Part shown: positions 12,667 to 25,840 of the stretch, one piece after another
Layout of the letters: each line of letters begins with the position of its first letter
How positions within the stretch are numbered: position 1 is the stretch's first letter
Assembly: GCF_002113885.1 (NCBI RefSeq)
Contig: NW_018408889.1
Location: 416,383 to 480,382, forward strand
Length of the DNA stretch: 64,000 nt
Direction of reading: 5' to 3'
Origin: Mizuhopecten yessoensis
Taxonomy: Eukaryota
Made by a program: the position numbers and the translations under genes
The notes under the pieces: model-generated
Database searches by the model: none
Told to the model about the DNA's origin: nothing
The model's input: the letters and a program-made list of their open reading frames with translations, nothing else

Positions 12667-13166
12667 AAAACGGACACGTCGTGTAATGTTAGAAACTAAA
12701 ACGGAAACGTCGTGTAATGGTAGAAACTAAAACGGAAACGTTGCGTAATGGTAGAAACTAAAACGGAAACGTCGTATAATGGTAGAAACTTAAAGGGAAA
12801 CGTCGTATAATGGTTGAAACCAAAACGGAAACGTCGTGTATTGGTAGAAACTAAAACGGAAACGTCGTGTAATGGTAGAAACTAAAACGGAAAAATCGTA
12901 TAATGGTAGAAACTAAAACGGAAACGTCGTGTAATGGTAGAAACTAAAACGGAAACGTCGTATAATGGTTGAAACTAAAACGGAAACGTCGTGTAATGGT
13001 AGAAACTAAAACGGAAACGTCGTGTAATGGTAGAAACTAAAACGGAAACGTCGTGTATTGGTAGAAACTAAAACGGAAACGTCGTATAATGGTAGAAACT
13101 AAAACGGAAACGTCGTATAATGGTAGAAACTTAAAGGGAAACGTCGTATAATGGTAGAAACTAAAA
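12667..13166. repeat. 31-bp minisatellite (~16 copies), CpG-rich
   Basis: Unit aaaacggaaacgtcgt(g/a)taatggtagaaact. Confidence 0.97.
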
Positions 13167-13627
13167 CAACGTTTGGTTCGTTCACTAGCATTTCGTGTTA
13201 TACTACTTTTACGTATTTACCAAGATGAAGGACGCAAAATAATCGTTTTGAGCACGTCGCAGTCGATGTGAGATTCGTATGGATAATACTTTGCATGATC
13301 ACTAGTCCGAAATGCCTGTGCACGCCCTCCGTGGATGCTCCATCACCTACACCTAAATTTTGATCTTTTGTTTTGGTGACGTTTCTCCTCTGCGTTTGGT
13401 GTCTCCTCATATTCTAGTTTTTAAGAGTCTCTTTTTGGTGTATTTTTGTCCTCTTTTAGTGTTGCTTCGTTGCTTTGGGACCATGCACTAAGGTATTAAG
13501 CCAATGGGTCAAAGTTTAATTTTCATATTGCATTATAGTCAATGTTTAAAAAAAAATAAAAATTATATAGATATATTAAGATTAGGGTATAAATATAAAC
13601 TTTATTTATTTTACATCAATTATAAAT

Positions 13628-13828
13628 CAAGTAATTTCAACTTATATTAATCACGCTTCTTGGCCCAGATATCAGCGCTCGAAGGGTCTTAATGTGGTAG
13701 GACACCGGAGTACCCAGAGAAAACCCACGTGTTCGGGCAGTTGACCCCATACCTTTTCACGTCCGATCGGGGAATCGAACTCTTCTGGTCGCCTTAGTGA
13801 AAGGCGCTATCCACTGCACCACCCGACC
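13628..13828 (-). mobile_element. SINE family A copy
   Basis: Reverse complement of the 1595-1770 element (ccggagtacccagagaaaacccac; gaatcgaac B box). Confidence 0.85.
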
Positions 13829-14599
13829 ATGATTAGGAGTCCAGGGGTAAAGAAAGGGTCATCAGCTGTTAATTTCTAATGTTAGGCTTAGTTCTCTTAA
13901 AATGAAAAAATAACCAATGAGAGCATGAAAAGAATCAAGTTACATCACCTTGGATATAATTGCATATATTTTATTATGCATCTTCGTTTTCTTTGTTAAG
14001 CTTTCTAATTACTTTTGTAATTACAAATTTAAAATCTTGAAACTTTGGACTAAAGCTCTGAACATGTGAACTTTGAATAGTAAATCAGCCGTTATCAAAA
14101 TTGCGATTAGACTCAAAAGGGGCTTACAGTTAGTGTGTTCGATAATATTTTACAGACAGAACACTGTATCTGACAGAAACGGTTTTCAGGTGAAAACAAA
14201 TTCTTTGTACGGAAGCTAAGAGTCATTTCTATTTGCAATGTCACGACATTACCAATGTCACGACATGGCAATTCGGGCACCTGCTGGTAATTAAGGCCGT
14301 TCTAAATTGCGACTGACTGAATAATATCGCAGTGCTTTAACATTTTATTGATTCAAGAAATCCCTGAATAACACTATTGCTTTTCGGGTATGTCCATATG
14401 CTTTGCAGAAGACAAGACCTGGCATCGAGATTACATCACCCTCCCCCGCAATATATATCAATATGAGTGTGTATATTAGCCTTGTGTATTGGGACATGAG
14501 TTGTAACTTGTGTATTGAACAAATTTGATCGGCAACGATTAACGATAAATACAAAATATTAGCATTAAATATTGCGTGATTTATTCAAATTACGGCAAC

Positions 14600-15330
14600 G
14601 CTAGATATAGAACTCTATTCTTAAACTACGCCGTACGTAGCCTAATATCACGGTAAAATTTTAGGTTCTCTTTCGTATTTGTTTAGTATGTTTCCTGTGC
14701 GCATGCGTAATCGGCATTTGTAACAGAGTACCTGTTGTAGGATATTCACAGGATCTTCCGCTTGCAGTGTTTTGATTCAATATTTCGTTTCTTTTAAATA
14801 TTCTCCTGGTTGGACATCGTTCGAGGTTAACTGGAACGTTTTGCAACGAACAGTTTTCTGCCTGGCATACTGTAACATCGGTATGGGCGTCATTTGGATA
14901 AATTTTCCGATGGTTCTGCATTGCTGAAACGCCATGATTCTGGACTCGGCTCTTTGAGAGTGCTGTTGATTAAGTGTGTGTGTCAGGAGAGATTCGGCGA
15001 CAGTACACATCGATACGTGAAACGTTTACAGGTGAGCATAATTCGTCAGGTACTCTACCGTTTCTGTGTTATGTCTGGAGATAGTCTGTGGCAGCGTAAA
15101 GGTATGGACCGGGATTAAAAATGGCTGCCACCGTGAATAATATTCATTCCACTTTCTTACCGAGCAGCAAGTAGATCTATGATTTGACAGTATAAGCAGG
15201 CGTTTTTGCTAGGTTGGTGTCTTATTCAGCGTGACAATCCTACCTTTGAACTAATCGCATGATAAATACGAGCCCAATGTTATGATTTTTTAAGAAGGAC
15301 TTATTTTCTGAACACCGACTTGACCGAGGT
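14600..15330 (+). promoter_or_regulatory. numb: Putative numb promoter and non-coding first exon(s)
   Basis: Locally CpG-rich; NRF1-type TGCGCATGCG at 14698-14707; YY1-type AAAATGGCTGCC at 15118-15129; donors CAG|gtgagc after 15031 and GAG|gtaaat after 15328; no other gene found between here and the numb coding exons. Confidence 0.6.
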
Positions 15331-16146
15331 AAATGCAAAACTGTCCTAGTTCTCAGGGCCTCTGAACCGTGACTGATATCACTTCATAGAACTTAGGAAT
15401 GTAGGGCGTGAATATGAACAGTACGCCTTGACCTCTTGCTTTGTTACCCTACCCTTCGGCCCGTACGTGACCTCTTATCTACATCGTTTGTGTACCCTAT
15501 AGATACACACATCACATCCAGGTATATCATGTAACAGAAGGGTTTAGATTATTATTAAGCTTGGTCAGGTAGCAGTGTGATTAAGCTTGGTCAGGTATAA
15601 CATTGTGATATCATCCTGTGAGCTATGTGCTTCACTACACAGGTGGAACGCTGAGGGAAGTGTGTTGGTGTAAACAAGTTATTTTTGAATGAATCCAACA
15701 AAACAACGGTTAGTGTTGTTTTATGTCATTTGATCATTTGTAACTACTTATGGTAAACTGGTTGAAAGTTGTCTATATGTATCAGTGTTTAGTTTGATTC
15801 GATTGGACATATAATTTACATCCAGTATATTTGGTTATAATATAAGTCTCAGATGTGATCACACATCTAGATGAGTCCAGGCTGAAAGACAATTAGTTAA
15901 TACCAGATTATTATACAGCAGATGGAGATCTTGCCCAGAGCTAAGGTTATTAATTAACTTGTGATGACAAGTTATACCTATAAGGATTATCCCTGTAAAT
16001 AGGCTAACATGTACAATAGGGTGAAGGTGTTGCCAAGCCTACAATTAAATGCATGCTCAAAACCTAAATTTGGCCTGAGATTGTATAGAGAATAAAAACA
16101 GATTTTGTTTATGATGATCAGTGTGCAGATTGGTTCATTTTAAAAA

Positions 16147-16548
16147 TAGAGCGGTCGCAATACACTTTACCCACGATTCGTTACCTATCTTGATATTTGT
16201 ACCACGATTTGATTATTTCGATTCGATACACCTTTATTTTAAAATATAAATAAAATGAGATATATATATATAAGCCGTCGATACACGGAAACCCACGGAG
16301 CATCACAAATTCTTATTTCCTTACAGCGTTACGCCATTTTGTTATGAATGCTTTGTGAAAATTGCATCCTCGCAACCGATTGGTTGAGGGTTTAGAGATC
16401 AGCCAATGAAAATGAACGTCTCACAGACGTTTCGACTGAAACGGCATACACTAATATTCAGATCGTGACTATCGAAAATCTGGAAAAATATATCGTGAAT
16501 CGAATCGAGCATGAAAAATCGCGGTACAAGTGAATGGTGACGCCTCCA
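16147..16548. mobile_element. hAT-like MITE
   Basis: Imperfect TIR tagagcggtc / gacgcctcca; 8-bp TSD tttaaaaa / tttaaaag; cgattcgata subterminal motifs. Confidence 0.7.
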
Positions 16549-17833
16549 TTTAAAAGGCAACAGTGTGTTGGTATTTAATAGATCAATGAAAATGGTGTCA
16601 TCCTATTAACTCTGATTTAGACATATACATACAATTTTTGACATATTTATAAATGTCACACATGGTATAATGTTCTCATTAACAGTCTATTTCTATTCAA
16701 TTTTTTTGAAACATGGAGTTACTTCTGTAAGAACAACTAAGCCATGATAACAATATATTGATCACGTGAACAGTTAAGAAAATAGATGTTGGTGTTATTT
16801 TGAAAAAAGTGTTTGATGGCTGGGAAATCCTTGAATAACATGTTTTTGTGAAATTACAATCCTGCATCAATCATTTAGTTTATAACAGGGTTGGTTATAA
16901 AAAAAGTCAGGTCTTGAATTCAGCCTTGACATTTAGCAGTTTCAGAAGGCTAACATGCTAACCATGAAGTTCGTAGAGTCAAATTAAATTTACACATGTT
17001 AGTTAGATATGTCTCAATTGTCCTTCCAGGAGTCGAAATAAATTCATTATGGAGAGTCCGATAGATATTCAGGGGCTTAATTAGTTACTACTTTCTGACA
17101 ACTTATATTAGTATGATGTCACCAATAATCTTTAAATGTTGACATCCTGAAGGGACAGCATATCTTCCCAATCTGAATTATTTCAATTCTGTGTGGCACA
17201 TATGAACATCTAAACATCATTTTATGAATAAATGTGAAGAGAAAAAAAAGCACATTGTATATTAACTTAATGAAGCCAGTGACAGTATTTCGTCTCACTG
17301 ATATTCTACATAGTTACATTGTGCTCTACAGATGTTTTTCCATTACAGAAAGCAATTAGCAGTTAGTCTCATATTGTTGACAAGTTTAGTGTCGTCAACA
17401 TTACCACTATGTAGCTAGGGACATGAACTATGTAGCTAGGGACATGAACACATGGCAATTTTGTATGACAATGCAAGTTTGGTTTGTATACTGCCATTCA
17501 AGAGTTTGTTTTTACCATCATGTTCTTCTATATATAATTATATATATGCGTGTTTGATTGGCGACAGATTAATCATGGCATACAATGAAAATGATTAGAT
17601 ATCCCAAATAACGACTTGTGTACAATAACTAGGAGTGATATTCATTATCCTGTTGATTACATACTAACACACAATGTATCAACATCAATGTTGACTGGTC
17701 ATGAAAATTCATTAAAACAAAGCTAGGCATAAGGCATGGGACTGACCAATGTAGTATTCCCATTGTAGATCTAGACCACTAAGTGGAAGCTTAAGAGTGA
17801 GGAACATAACAAATATTTATTGTGACAGTCTTG

Positions 17834-17925
17834 TTAACTCATTCACCCCTGCAGACACATTTTGAACTCTTCCAATTCAAAGGTTGGAATAGTTCATTAT
17901 GAAACTTCAGGGGTAAATAAGTTAA
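17834..17925 (+). mobile_element. ~90-bp TTAA-flanked MITE (copy 1 of 5)
   Basis: ttaactcattcacccctg...tcaggggtaaataagttaa. Confidence 0.88.
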
Positions 17926-19289
17926 TATGTAATATATCTAAACTCAGTTTGTTCAAGTGTGGTTAGCTTGAATTGACATTTGATCATGATAATTGACCAG
18001 GAACACTTACATATATATAATGCTTTATTTTCTAATTTCATGTAAGAACAAGCTGTTGTAAAATTTGGGTTGAAAAATCACTGCCAATATCTACTATGCA
18101 GATATCAACAGGTGAAAATTGATTGTATTTGTATAGAATAGTGATTTTTTCCTGTTTATCTTCCTGATAAATGAAATGGAATTTCCTGGAAAAGAGTGAA
18201 ATAATAAATGAGCTTTCCAAAATAAAAGACCGGAGACACATTTGTCAACAACAGAAATAGAAAATTAATAATATCTCAACAAAACAAAGAACAAAGGCAC
18301 AACGGAAAATATTTAAAAAAAAATCATAGAATTCAAGGGAAAATATTTTGAACTTAAATTCATAAAACTAGGATATATAATTATTTGGCGGTCATGTCAT
18401 GATCTGTAGTGCTGAATATTTCAGAATTTTTGATTATTTTTCTTTCCTGAAAAATCACTGAGAGGTTTCATATGTAATATCATTTCTAGATATTAAAAAA
18501 CCCACATATATTAACATTGTATAAGAAGCCTCTAAAGAGTATTTCTTCTGCTTAATAATTAGGGGACATGGTCGAATCACACATTGATATATATATATAT
18601 ATTCTAGCCCCATTCAAACACTTGGGATGTAATCTTTTTCATTTCTTATTCCTCTAAGCTTTCTTTTTGGCATCAATCTTTTCCATTTCTTATTCCTCTA
18701 CTCTGTCTTTTTGATGGTATAACCCTATTGTCCCCAATCGATACCTTGACTGTTGGGAGGATGTTAATTCACACACCAAACAAACATTTACTGGCCTCGT
18801 TACGGACAGCCACGTCTCAGAGGTGGCTTAAGCCGCTCTGTATCATCTGTTTATTACAGCATCGATATCTTGCAGTGCCTTTGCAAATCTGACACATGTC
18901 AAAAATGTTTATATGAAAAAATAACATGTGTGTTTGTTTGCGACTGATTTTACTCAAAAACATGATATTGATTTGAAAGTACGATAGTGTCTGATGTTGG
19001 AACAAATGCAATATATAACATTGCTTAGTTTTTACATCGTTTCTGATGCGAATGTAGCATTATGTATCATTGTTAGACTTATGTTTATAGATTCTGGTCT
19101 TACAGATCTAGAGTAAATACACTATGTAATAAATGAATAATTATAAGTGCAGGGTAAAATCGTGAGGTGCATGTAATTTCTGATAATAGTGATCATGATA
19201 ATATGAGGTTTTTGTGCCTGTTGTAAATAGACTTAATGTGGCATGTAAATATAATATGTATCATTGTGAGGCCTAGTAGTAAATATTGT

Positions 19290-19515
19290 ATGTTACATTG
19301 TGAGGTTTAGTAAAAGAATGAATAGCATTAGGGTATGTTACATTATGAAGTTTAATAGTAAAATAAATATGGTATGTATCATTTTGAGGTTTAGTAGTAG
19401 AGTAAATACTGTATGTAACATTGTGGGGTTTAGTAGTAGAGTAAATACGGTATGTTATATTGTGAGGTTAAGTAGTAGAGTAACTACGGTATGTAACATT
19501 GTTAGGTTTAGTAGT
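19290..19515. repeat. 39-bp minisatellite (~5-6 degenerate copies)
   Basis: Unit ttgtgaggtttagtagtagagtaaatactgtatgtaaca; produces the 13-aa periodic spurious ORF 19300-19566. Confidence 0.85.
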
Positions 19516-19756
19516 GTACTATCAGATGTGTTTGTGCTCTACATTTCTAACCTTTTGCGACATTAAGTAGATTTCAGTGTATTGTGGGAATGGCTTTGTG
19601 GGATCAATATCCTCATCCTGAAAAATCAATCATTGTCATGATATCCGTATCATTTTTGTTTTGTTTAATTGCAGTAACTGTACAAAAATAAAAATAAATA
19701 TATCTATATTATAACATTGAGTAATTCTTCATTAATAATAATGGTTCAGTTCTTCA

Positions 19757-19983
19757 GGGGGCTGCAGTGGCCAAGTGGTTTAGGCATCTGACATTCTGCT
19801 ATCACTAGCCCTCCACCACTGGGTTGCTGGTTCAAGACCTACAAATGGGGCAGTCACCAGGTACTGGCTGTAGGTCGGTGTTTTTTTCTCGGGAACTCCA
19901 GCTTTCCTCCACCACCAAAACTGTGCACATCCTTTAATGACCATATAGCTGTTAATGGGATGTAAAACACAAACAAAACCAAT
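19757..19983 (+). mobile_element. tRNA-derived SINE, family B (V-SINE-like)
   Basis: A box tggccaagtgg, B box ggttcaagacc, core ctccagctttcctccacca, aaac-repeat tail; TSD cagttcttca / caattcttcg; second copy at 32.6 kb. Confidence 0.88.
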
Positions 19984-22134
19984 CAATTCTTCGCCACTAC
20001 ACAATGTAATTCTTCATCACTACACAATGTAACTCTTCACCACTACATAATGTAATTCTTCACGACTACATAATGTAATTCTTCACCACTACACAATGTA
20101 ATTATTCACCACTACACAATGTTACTCTTCACCACTACAAAATGTAACTCTTCACCACTACACAATGTAACTCTTCACCCATACACAATGTAATTCTTCA
20201 CCACTACACAATGTAACTCTTTACCACTACATAATGTAATTCTTCAGCACTACATAATGTAATTCTTCACCACTACACAAAGTAATTCCTCACCACTACA
20301 CAATGTAATTCTTCACCACTACACAATGAAATTCTTCACCACTACACAATGTAATTCTTCACCACTACACAATGTAACTCTTTACCACTACACAAAGTAA
20401 TTCTTCACCACTACACAAGGTTACTCTTCACCACTACACAATGTTACTCTTCACCACTACAAAATGTAACTCTTCACCACTACACAATGTAACTCTTTAC
20501 CACTACATAATGTAATTCTTCACCACTACACAATGTAATTTTCATCACTACACAATGTAATTCTTCACCACTACACAATGAAATTCTTCACCACTACACA
20601 ATGTAATTCTTCACGACTACACAATGTAACTCTTCACCACTACACAATGTAACTCTTCACCAGTACACAATGTAACTCTTTACCACTACACAATGTTACT
20701 CTTCACCACTACACAATCTTACTCTTCACCACTACACAATGTAACTCTTCACCCATACACAATGTAATTCTTCACCACTACACAATGTAACTCTTTACCA
20801 CTACACAATGTTACTCTTCACCACTACACAAAGTAATTCTTCACCACTACACAAGGTTACTCTTCACCACTACACAATGTTACTCTTCACCACTACACAA
20901 TGTGACTCTTCACCACTACACAATGTAACTCTTCACCAGTACACAATGTAACTCTTTACCACTACACAATGTTACTCTTCACCACTACACAAAGTAATTC
21001 TTCACCACTACACAAGGTTACTCTTCACCACTACACAATGTTACTCTTCACCACTACACAAAGTAATTCTTCACCACTACACAATGTAATTCTTCACCAC
21101 TACACAATGAAATTCTTCACCACTACACAATGTAATTCTTCACCACTACACAAGGTAATTCTTCACCACTACACAATGTTACTCTTCACCACTACAAAAT
21201 GTAACTCTTCACCACTACACAATGTAACTCTTCACCCATACACAATGTAATTCTTCACCACTACACAAAGTAATTCTTCACCACTACACAATGTTACTCT
21301 TCACCACTACACAAAGTAATTCTTCACCACTACACAAGGTTACTCTTCACCACTACACAATGTTACTCTTCACCACTACACAAAGTAATTCTTCACCACT
21401 ACACAAGGTTACTCTTCACCACTACACAATGTTACTCTTCACCACTACAAAATGTAACTCTTCACCACTACACAATGTAACTCTTTATCACTACACAATG
21501 TAATTCTTCACCACTACACAAGGTAATTCTTCACCACTACACAATGTTACTCTTCACCACTACAAAATGTAACTCTTCACCACTACACAATGTAACTCTT
21601 CACCCATACACAATGTAATTCTTCACCACTACACAATGTTAGTCTTCACCACTACACAATGTAACTCTTCACCAGTACACAATGTAACTCTTTACCACTA
21701 CACAATGTAATTCTGCACCACTACACAATGTAACTCTTCACCACTACACAATGTTACTCTTTACCACTACACAAAGTAATTCTTCACCACTACACAAGGT
21801 TACTCTTCACCACTACACAATGTTACTCTTCACCACTACAAAATGTAACTCTTCACCACTACACAATGTAACTCTTCACCACTACCCAATGTAACTCTTT
21901 ACCACTACACAATGTAATTCTGCACCACTACACAATGTAACTCTTCACCACTACACAATGTAACTCTTCACCACTACACAATGTAATTTTCATCACTACA
22001 CAATGTAATTCTTCACCACTACACAATGTAATTCTTCACCACTACACAATGTAATTCTTCACCACTACACAATGTAATTCTTCACCACTACACCATGTAA
22101 CTCTTCACCATGCCACTACACAATGTAATTCTTC
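19984..22134. repeat. 23-bp satellite, ~93 copies
   Basis: Unit accactacacaatgtaattcttc with variants; the ORFs inside have 23-aa (3-unit) periodicity. Confidence 0.98.
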
Positions 22135-23098
22135 TGTAATATAATTCATTGTCATTTAGCAAGCTGCAAATGCAATGAATTCATTTAATAAATAACTATT
22201 TGATACTTCTAAGAATTCAATTATGAACATCTGGTTTTAATTAGTAATGAAAGCCTAAAGTGTAACTGTTTGGCTGTATGAGTGGTTGGTGTATTACTAT
22301 ATTATCTTTCACATTATTACACACTGCATGTATGTATGTATGTATGACTCAGCCTCCAGTGTGCCTGTATACGTACTGTATAGCTTGATAATGATTTAAT
22401 TGGTTTGTAGTGATAACTTGGTGTGGAGACCGACCCATGCCCCCAAGTACACAAGTATATATACGGGTACTGTTTTACCGGTAGATGATGTCAGAGAGGA
22501 CACCTGGGTTATATGTTCGTCATTATATTAGCACTGACATTTCCTGCAAAAAAAAGGAGGAAGTAGAGAGTAAAAAATGTTTTAATGGCCTGCACAAGTA
22601 AAAACATTTTCATAAATGTTTTAAACGAGTCTATAACATAATACTGCAGACCAAATATATGGTGTAACCAATATCCTATTTTACCAAAGAATATTACATA
22701 TACTATGGACAGAAGATTTAGGGAGAATCAAACATATGTGGTGTGTAACCTATATAAAGCGACCAAGTTTTATTACAGGAGTTATTGGTTTTAATACTGG
22801 TATAGCTACATGTATACAATTATGTGACAGATTTAATTTTGTATGCCGATAATTTTGGCTTCTACTTTATTAATATCTGACATCTGCATGAAATACTCTG
22901 AAAGTGCATATTTCATATCATTAATTGCATGATTGCAATAGCATACATGTATGTCAATATTATTACAACTATTGACTTGAGCAAGTCTATATACCATATT
23001 AGACTTGCTCAAGTCCATCTATAGACAAAAAAACCCAATCATACCGACTGAAAGTCAGTCTAACATAAATATGTATGGTACGTACTGGTAGTTTCAGG

Positions 23099-23530
23099 TA
23101 GTGTTGTCCCGATGATCGATTATAATCGATGTCTAATCGGAAAGGCAACCGATTTCCGACAATCGATTATGAGATGTCAACATCGACGATTGTTTTCAAA
23201 ACCGAAAGTGTGAGTTCTACTTTCATTTTCACTAAGAGAGAATGGGAGTTCTAAGTCATTTTACTCTTAACTATAACTTCTTACCAATCATGCTAATTAA
23301 TTAATTGCAAAAAAAAAAGGGTTAGGGTTTGCTTCAAAGTTGAAATTTCATTAGTAGTATTAATAAAAAGGAAAAGCCATATGAATGCCATTGTTAAAAA
23401 AAAAGGAACTGGTTTTTTTAAGGATTTTGTAATGGTAGGCTAACCAATTAATGATCGAATATCGATCGGTTGACACTTACCGATTATATCCGATCATCGA
23501 TGTTGAAATCTCAACTGATTCCCAACACTA
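23099..23530. mobile_element. hAT-superfamily MITE with perfect 8-bp TSD
   Basis: gtttcagg-[tagtgttg...caacacta]-gtttcagg; atcgat/cgatt subterminal repeats. Confidence 0.92.
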
Positions 23531-24263
23531 GTTTCAGGAGTGTGGAGTATCTTGTGAATGACATGTTTAGCTATGTGTCAGAGTTACTTGCCGGTGAATG
23601 ATCAACAGTAATACCAGTACATGTACTTTGACTGTTTTACTATGGATAGGAGTGTTTTCATTGTCTCACTCTCACAATGACAGCTGTGTATACATATGTT
23701 AATGTGTTTGTCTGGACATAGACAGAGTGTCAGACAGGGACATGTCTTAAGAGAGATATGCCTTTGGTCTGTCATCCATGATGTACCACCTTCCAGCAAG
23801 TTTAATGTTTTGGAGGACAACAAAATACGCATAGGACACACCTTACCTACAGATGTGATAAATTTTCCCCTTTGGTTTTGAATTGGAATAATTTAAAATC
23901 GCTTGGTGTTTCTATATATAACAGCTGTTGCTGATTTCATTCAAAATTTATTAGAATATAACATACTTTGTATATAATAACATGTATTATTGTTCCTGTG
24001 CGTCAGTACAGGTATGTCACTCATTGTACAGGTAAGAAAGGCTGTATGTATCGGTGGGTACAGTGTAATATATACCACACAGAATTAGTCATCCTGTTGA
24101 TCCATATTTCAGCGAGTGGGCTGACGTCCCATGCATTATATACATTCTACAGCATTATAGATCTAAACGATAGAGGGATCAGTGCTTCGCTGGTTCTCAA
24201 GGAAGTAGCCGGTGTCAGAAATTCTCGCACAACTCACAGTGTTATACATACAAATTCTCAAAC

Positions 24264-24305
24264 ATGGGACTAAATAAGACCACGAATCAGCCGAAATCAG
24301 GACGA
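24264..24305 (+). CDS. numb: Candidate alternative numb N-terminal coding segment MGLNKTTNQPKSGR (exon probably 24113-24305)
   Basis: Strong Kozak aaacATGG; consensus gtaagt donor in phase 0, in frame with ATC ACC ATG of exon 30313; acceptor atttcag at 24112; M-G-x-x-x-T myristoylation pattern. Confidence 0.65.
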
Positions 24306-25626
24306 GTAAGTTAGATATTATTTATTTACTATACCAACGTAGCTATATTTAGATTATGGAAACATGTAAATTGTTCTAGGTACAAACATAAAAGTACATG
24401 TATCACACTGTGGGTACCAGCTATAGGTCATAACATGTGTACATGCAGTACAGGGCGTCCTGATCATAGGGCTCGATCACAGGCGTGGTAGTTCTGCTTA
24501 TGTATTTTGAGGAATATGTGTCATAGACTCATAGTGTCTGTTGTTAAAACTAAAGTGAAATTTCATAAATGTAAATTTGAATGAGTCAGAACCTGAATTC
24601 ATGCATAAATTATAATTTTAATACTTTGTAATTAAAAAAGATCATGATCTGAATGATCATCAAAAATTGTGTGACTACCATGCACATGTGCATTTTCATG
24701 TATGATGTGGACTGTTTTTTATATATCATACTGTTGTAGTTATAAATAGTACCATTACACATGTACTTAAAATAGAATGTACATGTAAGTTGAATAATGG
24801 CTAAATATAAATACATGTAGTTTCTGTTTTTAATTTGACAGTCAATTATGTATACACATGCCTATATAGGCATGGTATTCAGTTTTGTAATGTAATGGTT
24901 ATAGACACTTTATTGGAGACAGATCTGCCTTTATTAAATATTGGATTATCATGTGAGTGTGCAGCTATTTATAAAAAAAACATGTAAATTTAAGTATGCA
25001 TGATGCAAAACCATTCATCCCAGATATGGATACTAAAGATTGTGCATATATATATATATACCAATCAACTTCCATGTCAGTTCATGTCTGTCAAAGGGTT
25101 GCAATTTTTTTTCAAGGGTAATTTGTATCCTGTTTACTTCTATATACAAGGTAACTACATAATGTATCATGGTGATGAACAGCTTGTATCCCATGAGGAT
25201 GAAATCAAGATTACATCAACAAATTTAAACAGCCTATAAGCTAGCTGTTCTACAAACCGTACCCTGGGCTAGATCAAAGGGTTACCGAGATGGTGCTATG
25301 ATATTATTAGGTAATTATAGATTTTGTTACTGGGAATATTGATAACATTTGAAACACGACACTTTTTAAATTTTTTTTGTCAGCTTTTCATCCATGGTTT
25401 ATTTATCGGGAGAGAATCCAGAGGAGATTTCAGCCATCGCATGTGTATATCTGTAAAATTATAAAATTGTGAAAGTAATACAGTGTACATCATTGTTATG
25501 CTTCAATTAATGATTTTCAGCAAAAATAAAAAAATGTTTTCAAATAGTAAACATACAGTAACAACATTGGTCATGGACGAAAAATTATCAATTAAAAATA
25601 TATTAAACTTGATTTACAGTTATGAA

Positions 25627-25840
25627 ACGAGTTATTTCAACTTATACTTAACACTCTTGTTGGCCCAGATATTAGCCTGCTGTGGGTTTAATGTGGGAGG
25701 ATGTTAGAGTCGCCCAGAGAAAACCCACAGGTGACCCATGCCAGGGCCCATATACCTTTTCATGTACGATCACGGAATCGAACCCCGGCCGCCTTGGTGA
25801 AAGGCAAGTGTGTTATCCTCTATATGCCACCCACGTTACC
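25627..25840 (-). mobile_element. SINE family A copy
   Basis: aatgtgggagg...cccagagaaaacccac...gaatcgaaccccggccgccttggtgaaaggc. Confidence 0.85.

Noticed and set aside
12667-13166. CRISPR-like array of ~31-bp repeats (also the 43-, 23- and 61-bp arrays)
   Set aside because: Head-to-tail units with no unique spacers, no cas genes, eukaryotic context
19583-19590. Su(H)/CSL site TGTGGGAA (also ~8841) as Notch feedback
   Set aside because: Isolated short matches are expected by chance in 64 kb; not paired or clustered
20969-21503. Repetitive His/Thr-rich ORFs
   Set aside because: Translations of the 23-bp satellite; no splice or homology support
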